Positions 9,344 through 15,048 of a DNA stretch of 64,000 nt are shown piece by piece. Under the pieces are notes generated by a model. It saw only the letters and a list, made by a program, of their open reading frames with translations. It did not search any database and had not been told where the DNA came from. The stretch spans positions 21,598 to 85,597 of the forward strand of contig CAYRFI010000001.1 in assembly GCA_964423595.1 (NCBI GenBank), written 5' to 3'. Each line of letters begins with the position of its first letter. The stretch's first letter is position 1. The stretch comes from an uncultured Thermoanaerobaculia bacterium. Its GTDB lineage: Bacteria; Acidobacteriota; Thermoanaerobaculia; Thermoanaerobaculales; Sulfomarinibacteraceae. The position numbers were made by a program, and so were the translations under genes.

Positions 9344-9378
9344 CGATTTCGGATTTCGGATTTCGGATTTCGGATTTG
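9344..9378 (+). repeat. Heptanucleotide tandem repeat (GGATTTC, about 4.7 copies) in the leader of the BMC-H gene
   Basis: CGATTTC GGATTTC GGATTTC GGATTTC GGATTTG, directly after the stop at 9338-9340. Including the SD (GAAAGGAG), the 9341-9406 spacer has six GGA motifs. Confidence 0.9.
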
Positions 9379-9406
9379 GTTCTCGGATGCGAGAAAGGAG
9401 TTTTCG

Positions 9407-9724
9407 ATGGCTGAAGCGTTGGGAATGATCGAGTGCCGGGGATTTGCGGCTGTCGTGGAGGCCGCCGACGCCATGGTCAAGGCGGCCAAGGTCGAGCTGG
9501 TGTCGTATGAGAAGACTGGCGGCGGCTACGTCACCGCTATCGTGCGCGGCGACGTCGCCGCGGTCAAGGCCGCGGTCGAGGCCGGTATCCGCGGCGCCGA
9601 GACCATCGGCGAAGTGGTGTCGACCCATGTCATTGCCCGCCCCCACACCAACATCGACCTCGTCCTGCCCCTCGGCCGCGCCGAAGAGGCGGCCGGCGAA
9701 ACCAAGGCCAAGGGCAAGCGCTGA
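9407..9724 (+). CDS. BMC-H hexameric shell protein (PduA/EutM-like)
   Basis: [60 protein letters not shown] is the canonical single BMC domain. SD GAAAGGAG lies upstream. Confidence 0.92.
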   Translation: MAEALGMIECRGFAAVVEAADAMVKAAKVELVSYEKTGGGYVTAIVRGDVAAVKAAVEAGIRGAETIGEVVSTHVIARPHTNIDLVLPLGRAEEAAGETKAKGKR

Positions 9725-10038
9725 TGCTGCTCGGGCGAGTGGCCGGCACCCTGGTCGCGAGCCGCAAGGACGAGGGCCTCCAGGGCCAGAAGTTCCTGGT
9801 TGTGCGCGAGCTCGGGGTAGACGGCAAGGAGACCGGTGGTCACGTGGTGGCGGCGGACTCGGTCGGCGCGGGTGTCGGCGACGTGGTGCTGTGGGCCTCT
9901 GGTTCGTCGGCGCGGCAGACCGAGTACACCCGCGACCGCCCGTGTGACGCGGTCATCATGGCCATCGTCGATAGCTGGGAGGTCGGCGGCGAGGAGATCT
10001 ACCGCAAGACCCCGGCCGGCGGCGAGTGGGCGAGCTGA
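9724..10038 (+). CDS. BMC-P pentameric vertex protein (EutN/CcmL family), paralog 1
   Basis: [30 protein letters not shown]...[25 protein letters not shown] overlaps the preceding TGA. Confidence 0.88.
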   Translation: MLLGRVAGTLVASRKDEGLQGQKFLVVRELGVDGKETGGHVVAADSVGAGVGDVVLWASGSSARQTEYTRDRPCDAVIMAIVDSWEVGGEEIYRKTPAGGEWAS

Positions 10039-10053
10039 CGATCGAAACGGGCG

Positions 10054-10086
10054 CGGTCGAGGACGAGGAGCGATGAACCTCGACCG
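10054..10086 (+). promoter_or_regulatory. Intra-operon stem-loop with a 5-codon mini-ORF, upstream of the aldehyde dehydrogenase
   Basis: Perfect 9-bp stem CGGTCGAGG / CCTCGACCG with a 15-nt loop ACGAGGAGCGATGAA. ATGAACCTCGACCGGTGA (10073-10090) encodes MNLDR. A second SD, TGGAGG, lies 8 nt before TTG 10106. Confidence 0.5.
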
Positions 10087-10105
10087 GTGACTGGAGGCGC
10101 AGCAG

Positions 10106-11548
10106 TTGCAAGCAGCATTTGACCAGCAGGAGATCGCGGCCGTCGTCGAACGCGTGCGGCTGAAGCTTCGCGGCCATACGGAAGTGCCGCCCACCGCCAT
10201 GGTCGACCGACAGGATGTCGCCGGCGATGGCATCTATCCGGATGTCGACTCCGCGGTGGCGGCGGCACGGACGGCGTTCGAAGCGTACCGATCGATGGGA
10301 CTGAAAAAAAGGCACCGCATCATCGATGCGGTGCGTAGTGCCATGCGCGACAGGGCTGGAGAGCTGGCGAACATGGCGCGTGAGGAGACCGGCATCGGCC
10401 GCGCCGAGGACAAGCTGCTCAAAAACCTCCTTGTCACCAACAAAACGCCCGGTCCTGAGGACCTCGAGCCCCGGGTGTGGTCGGGCGATCAGGGTCTGAC
10501 CGTTACCGAGTACGCGCCTTTCGGCGTCATCGGCGCCATCACCCCGACCACCAACCCGACCGCGACGATCATCAACAACTCCATCGCCATCGTCTCGGCA
10601 GGCAACGCCGTGGTTTTCAACGCCCATCCCAACGCCAAAAGGGTCTCGGTCCAGAACGTCCGCTGGCTGAACCAGGCCATCGTCTCGGCCGGTGGCCCGC
10701 CCGACCTCGTCACCGCGACCCCGGAGCCGACAATCGAGAGCGCCCAGCGGCTCATGAACCACCCACAGGTCCGGATTTTGATGATCACCGGCGGACCGGG
10801 CGTGGTGAAGGAGGCGCAAAAAACCCGCAAGAGGTCGATCTGCGCCGGTCCCGGCAATCCACCGGTGGTGGTCGACGTCAACGCTGACCTCGAGCTCGCA
10901 GGGCGAGAGATCGTGCGCGGCGCGTCATTCGATAACAACGTGATCTGCACCGACGAGAAGCTCGTCATTGTCGTGGACACCGCGGCCGACGAGCTGCTGC
11001 GGCAGATGCGGACCAACCACGCCTACCTGCTCAAGGCGTACGAGCTCAAAAAGCTCGAGCGGGTGATCTTCTCGGAGATCGGCGAGCCGGGCAAACCGGG
11101 CCGGATCAACTCACGCTGGATCGGCCAGAACGCCGGGACAATTCTCTCCGAGATCGGGATTCAGGCCGGGGACGATCTCCGCCTGGTGCTCGCCGACGTG
11201 CCGCCTGAGCACTCCCTGGTGTGGACCGAGCAGATGATGCCGGTGATGCCGGTGGTCCGGGTCCGCACCGTCGACGAGGCCATCGACCTGGCAATCCAGG
11301 CCGAGCACGGCTGCGGCCATACCGCCTCGATCTACTCCCGCGACGTCAACGCCATCACCAGCATGGCGCGTGACATCGATGTCTCGATCTTCGTCGCCAA
11401 CGCCGCCAATCTCGCCGGTCTCGGCGACGGTGGAGAGGGCTACACCTCTTTCTCCATCGCCAGCCCGACCGGCGAAGGGCTGACCCGACCACGCAGCTTC
11501 TCCCGTGATCGCCGGATGACCGTCGCCGGTGGTCTGAGGATCGTCTGA
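10106..11548 (+). CDS. CoA-acylating aldehyde dehydrogenase (PduP/EutE-like) with N-terminal encapsulation-peptide-like helix
   Basis: Catalytic-Cys region KRSICAGPGNPPVVVD; ALDH fold throughout (FGVIGAITPTTNP, NAHPNAK). The N-terminus (M)QAAFDQQEIAAVVERVRLKLRG is amphipathic. TTG start. Confidence 0.85.
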   Translation: MQAAFDQQEIAAVVERVRLKLRGHTEVPPTAMVDRQDVAGDGIYPDVDSAVAAARTAFEAYRSMGLKKRHRIIDAVRSAMRDRAGELANMAREETGIGRAEDKLLKNLLVTNKTPGPEDLEPRVWSGDQGLTVTEYAPFGVIGAITPTTNPTATIINNSIAIVSAGNAVVFNAHPNAKRVSVQNVRWLNQAIVSAGGPPDLVTATPEPTIESAQRLMNHPQVRILMITGGPGVVKEAQKTRKRSICAGPGNPPVVVDVNADLELAGREIVRGASFDNNVICTDEKLVIVVDTAADELLRQMRTNHAYLLKAYELKKLERVIFSEIGEPGKPGRINSRWIGQNAGTILSEIGIQAGDDLRLVLADVPPEHSLVWTEQMMPVMPVVRVRTVDEAIDLAIQAEHGCGHTASIYSRDVNAITSMARDIDVSIFVANAANLAGLGDGGEGYTSFSIASPTGEGLTRPRSFSRDRRMTVAGGLRIV

Positions 11549-12138
11549 TGCAGCCGGCTATTGCATTGCTCGAGTTCAACTCTATCGCCATCGGGATGCG
11601 GGCCGGCGACGCCATGGTCAAACGCGCCCCTGTCGAGGTCACCTATGCCGGCACCGTTCATCCGGGTAAATACCTGGTGCTGGTCGGCGGTGACGTCGCG
11701 TCGGTCGAGGAGAGTTACGTCGCCGGCCTCTCCGCCGGCGGCGACGCCGTGGTCGATCGGATCTTCCTGCCGTCCGCCCACCCGGATATCGCACGTTACC
11801 TGCGCGGAATGCGCGGTCGGGTCACCGGCGAAGCGATCGGGATCGTCGAGACCACAACCGTCGCCGCAACCATCGGCGCCGCCGACCGCGGCCTCAAGGG
11901 CGCCGACGTGGATCTGGTCGAACTCAAGCTCGCCGACCGGCTCGGCGGCAAGGCCTATTGCGTCTTTTCGGGCACCGTCGCCGACGTCGAGGCGGCGGTC
12001 GAGGTCGGCGTCGATCACCTTGACGACCCATCCATGTTGGTCGCCCAGGTCGTGATCCCCGACTTCCACGACGAGATGCTGGCCAACCTCGAGGCGGCGA
12101 CCGAGTTCTCCTCGCGCATCAGCGGCGGCAGGGGTTAG
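11548..12138 (+). CDS. Tandem-domain BMC shell protein (BMC-T, Haliangium T1-like)
   Basis: Domain 1 AIALLEFNSIAIGMRAGDAMVKRAPVEV..GKYLVLVGGDVASVEES; domain 2 IGIVETTTVAATIGAADRGLKGADVDLVELKLADRLGGKAYCVFSGTVADVEAAVE. ATG overlaps the preceding TGA. Confidence 0.85.
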   Translation: MQPAIALLEFNSIAIGMRAGDAMVKRAPVEVTYAGTVHPGKYLVLVGGDVASVEESYVAGLSAGGDAVVDRIFLPSAHPDIARYLRGMRGRVTGEAIGIVETTTVAATIGAADRGLKGADVDLVELKLADRLGGKAYCVFSGTVADVEAAVEVGVDHLDDPSMLVAQVVIPDFHDEMLANLEAATEFSSRISGGRG

Positions 12139-12297
12139 CGTGCTTCGCGCGACTGCGAAGCTCCGACCACGTCGTGTGCAGGCGAGACGCCTGCACCACA
12201 AGAGGGAAGGATTGTGGTGCGGCCGTCTCGACCGCACAAATATTGGCACCATCTTGCGGCCCTCGCTACGCGAGGTCACGAGGAGCGTAGTGTAGAT
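12139..12297 (+). other. 159-nt structured spacer inside the BMC operon (five consecutive stem-loops)
   Basis: Stems GCTTCGC/GCGAAGC (12142-12161), GTGCAGGCG/CGCCTGCAC (12176-12196), CCACAA/TTGTGG (12196-12217), GTGCGG/CCGCAC (12217-12237) and CCTCGC/GCGAGG (12261-12275). The 3' part resembles the inner end of the MITE (GGCACC..GCCCTCGC.ACG.GAG). Confidence 0.6.
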
Positions 12298-12573
12298 ATG
12301 GAACTCGGGAGGGTCACAGGGACAGTGGTCGCGACGACGATCTACGACGGTCTCGAAGGCGCCCGACTCTTGATCGTGCAGCCGCTCGACCGCAAGCTTC
12401 GACCGCGCGGACGGCCGGTTGTTGCCGCCGACGGGGTCGCGATGGCCGCGCCTGACGACCTGGTCACCTTTGTTTCGAGCCGCGAGGCCTCGCTGGCTCT
12501 GCCGCCGCCACCCGGTCCGGTCGACCACGCCATCGTCGGCATCGTTGATGCGGTCGAGGAGTGGTCACAGTGA
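12298..12573 (+). CDS. BMC-P pentameric vertex protein, paralog 2
   Basis: MELGRVTGTVVATTIYDGLEGARLLIVQPLD...AADGVAMAAPDDLVTFVSSREA. SD AGGAGCG lies upstream. The longer ORF from 12214 runs through the hairpin spacer. Confidence 0.8.
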   Translation: MELGRVTGTVVATTIYDGLEGARLLIVQPLDRKLRPRGRPVVAADGVAMAAPDDLVTFVSSREASLALPPPPGPVDHAIVGIVDAVEEWSQ

Positions 12574-12863
12574 AGATCGGACGCGTCGCCGGCACCGTGG
12601 TCTCGACCATCTGCTCGCCGGTCTTCGAAAACCGGAAACTGCTCTTTGTCGACCTGCTCGACCTCGATGGCAACGGGACCGGCGGGGATGTCATCGCGGT
12701 GGACGCCGTCGGCGCCGGCGCCGGCGAGACCGTGCTCGTGCTCGACGAGGGCAACGGCGCGCGTCAGGTGCTCGAAGCCCCCGACGCGCCGGTGCGGGCG
12801 GTGGTTGTTGGCGTCATCGACGAGATCGAGACCCTCAGAACCTCACCCGTGCGAAGACGCTGA
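12570..12863 (+). CDS. BMC-P pentameric vertex protein, paralog 3
   Basis: (V)KIGRVAGTVVSTICSPVFENRKLLFVDLLD...AVDAVGAGAGETVLVLDEGNGARQ. GTG 12570 overlaps the preceding TGA (GTGA). Confidence 0.8.
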   Translation: MKIGRVAGTVVSTICSPVFENRKLLFVDLLDLDGNGTGGDVIAVDAVGAGAGETVLVLDEGNGARQVLEAPDAPVRAVVVGVIDEIETLRTSPVRRR

Positions 12864-13248
12864 CGTCGTTGATGTCCATCTTGACGGCGCCGTCGACCAG
12901 GTTACCTTCGGCAGTATAGATGCCCGCCCAATCGACGTCGATGGTGACCAGGTTGTCGCCGACCTTGACGCTCAGCAAGCCGAGACCGGTGAGGAAGCGC
13001 CAGTGCTCGGAGAACAGGCGCCGATACTCGAAGTAGAGGTAGGGTAGCGGACCGCTCCCCTTGGCCTCGGCGGTGCCTTCTCCTTCAGTGAAATCGCTTT
13101 GCCACGCCAGCGTCGCCTTGAGGTCCATCCAGCGGACACCGACCCGGTGTCGCTTGGCGATCTGCCACTGGAGGGCAAGCGTGGGTTCGTTGCCCACCAC
13201 GGTGCAGACCGCAGCTGTCGCTACGTAAGCGATGGAAAGTGAGGTCAT
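12835..13248 (-). CDS. Hypothetical small protein with an outer-membrane beta-signal-like C-terminus
   Basis: Alternating beta-strand-like sequence ending ..DINDVSVFARVRF. The N-terminus is only weakly signal-like. Overlaps the convergent BMC-P gene by 29 nt. Confidence 0.35.
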   Translation of the reverse strand: MTSLSIAYVATAAVCTVVGNEPTLALQWQIAKRHRVGVRWMDLKATLAWQSDFTEGEGTAEAKGSGPLPYLYFEYRRLFSEHWRFLTGLGLLSVKVGDNLVTIDVDWAGIYTAEGNLVDGAVKMDINDVSVFARVRF

Positions 13249-13331
13249 GGCGTCGGCGCTCCAGGAATCACCGGGTTACTGTACCGCGCCCCGGATGCCG
13301 GTCGTGTGACGGCTCAGCCCGGAGGGCAAAA

Positions 13332-13367
13332 CCGGAAGGGCGAAGCCGGAAGGGCGAAGCCGGATGC
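13332..13367. repeat. 14-nt tandem repeat (CCGGAAGGGCGAAG x2 plus a partial copy)
   Basis: 13332-13345 and 13346-13359 are identical, followed by CCGGATGC. Lies in the divergent intergenic region upstream of gabD. Confidence 0.85.
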
Positions 13368-13406
13368 TATAACACCAGTCGAGAACGCGATACGGGGGAT
13401 CACACC

Positions 13407-14864
13407 ATGCAACTCACCGACAGTACGTTGTTGAAAACCCGGGCCTTGGTTGGCGGCACGTGGATCGACGCCGACGACGGCGCGACCTTTGCCGTGACCA
13501 ACCCGGCGACTGGCGAGGTCGTTGCGGAGGTGGCGAAATGCGGCGGCGGCGAAACCCGCCGCGCCATCGAGGCGGCAGAGCGGGCCCAGATCGAGTGGCG
13601 GCAGAAGACGGCCGCAGAGCGCTCAAATCTCCTCAGGCGGTGGTTCGAGCTGATGATGGAGCACCAGGAGGACCTGGCGCGGGTCATGACCGCGGAGCAG
13701 GGCAAACCACTCTTCGAATCGCGAGGCGAGATCGCCTACGGCGCGAGCTACATTGAGTGGTTTGCCGAGGAGGCCAAACGGATCTATGGCGACGTCATAC
13801 CTCCGCCTGCCACCGACCGCCGAATCGTCGTTATCAAGCAGCCGGTCGGCGTCGTGGCGTGCATCACGCCGTGGAACTTCCCCAACGCCATGCTCGCGCG
13901 CAAGGTCGGCGCCGCGCTGGCCGCCGGCTGCACGGCGGTGTGCAAGCCCGCGACCGCAACGCCACTCTCTGCCCTGGCGATGGCCGAGCTCGCCGATCGC
14001 GCCGGCATCCCCCCGGGCGTGATCAACGTCGTCGCCGGACGCACCGGCGCCATCGGCGATGAGCTCACCTCCAACCCCACCGTCCGCAAGCTGACCTTTA
14101 CCGGCTCGACCGAGGTCGGCAAAAAGCTCGTTGAGCAATGCGCTGGGACCATGAAGCGGACCTCGATGGAGCTTGGCGGCAACGCACCCTTCATCGTCTT
14201 TGACGACGCCGATTTCGAAACGGCGGTCAAGGCCACCCTGGCCAGCAAGTACCGTAACGCCGGCCAGACCTGCGTCTGCGCCAACCGCGTCCTGGTCCAG
14301 GAAAGCGTCATAGAGGAGTACTCCGAGATGCTGGCCGAGGCGGTGGCCGAGTTCAAGCTCGGCAACGGCGCCGACGAGGGCGTGACCATGGGCCCGCTGA
14401 TCGACGATGCCGCGGCAGACAATGTCGTCGCCATGATCGAGGACGCAGCTGCGAAAGGAGCCAAGGTCATGCTTGGCGGCGGCCGCTCGAAGCTCGGTGG
14501 GAGCTTCGTCGAGCCGACCATTCTCTCAGGGGTCACCAGCGACATGCGGGTCTTCCGCGAGGAGATCTTCGGGCCGGTGTCGCCGCTGGTTTCGTTCAGC
14601 ACCGAGGAGGATGCGATCGCGATCGCCAACGACACCCAGTTCGTGCTCGCGGCCAACTTCTGCACGCGCGATATCGGCCGTATCTGGCGCGTCGCCGAAG
14701 GCCTCGAGTACGGCATCATCGGCATCAACGAGGGCGTCATTTCCAACGCCATGGCCCCCTTCGGCGGCATCAAGGAGTCCGGCAACGGCCGTGAGGGCTC
14801 CAAGTACGGCCTCGATGATTACCTCGAGATCAAGTACCTGTGCATCGGTGGTATCGACGGGTAG
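13407..14864 (+). CDS. gabD: NAD(P)+-dependent succinate-semialdehyde dehydrogenase (GabD-like, non-acylating ALDH)
   Basis: MQLTDSTLLKTRALVGGTWIDADDGATFAVTNPATGEVVAEV..., ITPWNFP, FTGSTEVGK, ELGGNAP, catalytic-Cys region GQTCVCANR. Start chosen at the ATG preceded by a G-rich stretch. Confidence 0.88.
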   Translation: MQLTDSTLLKTRALVGGTWIDADDGATFAVTNPATGEVVAEVAKCGGGETRRAIEAAERAQIEWRQKTAAERSNLLRRWFELMMEHQEDLARVMTAEQGKPLFESRGEIAYGASYIEWFAEEAKRIYGDVIPPPATDRRIVVIKQPVGVVACITPWNFPNAMLARKVGAALAAGCTAVCKPATATPLSALAMAELADRAGIPPGVINVVAGRTGAIGDELTSNPTVRKLTFTGSTEVGKKLVEQCAGTMKRTSMELGGNAPFIVFDDADFETAVKATLASKYRNAGQTCVCANRVLVQESVIEEYSEMLAEAVAEFKLGNGADEGVTMGPLIDDAAADNVVAMIEDAAAKGAKVMLGGGRSKLGGSFVEPTILSGVTSDMRVFREEIFGPVSPLVSFSTEEDAIAIANDTQFVLAANFCTRDIGRIWRVAEGLEYGIIGINEGVISNAMAPFGGIKESGNGREGSKYGLDDYLEIKYLCIGGIDG

Positions 14865-14874
14865 GCCGGGGGGT

Positions 14875-15039
14875 TCAGCTCGCAGCGCGGGTCGGAATCT
14901 CGTCCAGCGCATCGGCGAGCTTTTGCCGCGCGTGCCACAGGTCAAAGGCGCTCTGTATGTTCAGCCACAGCTCGGGGCCGTTGCCGCAGTACTTCCCGAG
15001 TCTCGCCCTCATCAAACTCAAACGTGATGGGTCTATCAT
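14875..15039 (-). pseudogene. Truncated HigA/XRE-type antitoxin remnant (C-terminal half only)
   Basis: ..RLSLMRARLGKYCGNGPELWLNIQSAFDLWHARQKL.. matches the ..A.RLS..FG.SPEFWLNLQ..YDL.. tail of HigA antitoxins. The HTH-containing N-terminal half is missing or overlapped by the opposite-strand gene starting at 15049. No toxin partner. Confidence 0.45.
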
Positions 15040-15048
15040 TATTCCACC

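Noticed and set aside
9344-9378. Possibility that the tandem repeats (here and at 13332, 57371) are CRISPR arrays
   Set aside because: The units are 7-14 nt with no spacers, far below CRISPR repeat and spacer sizes, and no cas genes are present.
12244-12257. Sigma54-like -24/-12 element TGGCAC-CATC-TTGC inside the BMC operon spacer
   Set aside because: The spacing between TGGCAC and TTGC is 4 nt, not the required 5. No enhancer-like palindromes lie upstream. The match is part of a repeat-derived sequence that also occurs, without TTGC, in the MITE.
13407-14864. GabD-like dehydrogenase as the missing fourth BMC enzyme
   Set aside because: It has no N-terminal extension or encapsulation-peptide-like helix. 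It is separated from the operon by a convergent gene and its own intergenic region, and its sequence is that of a standard non-acylating SSADH. A metabolic link is possible but unsupported.
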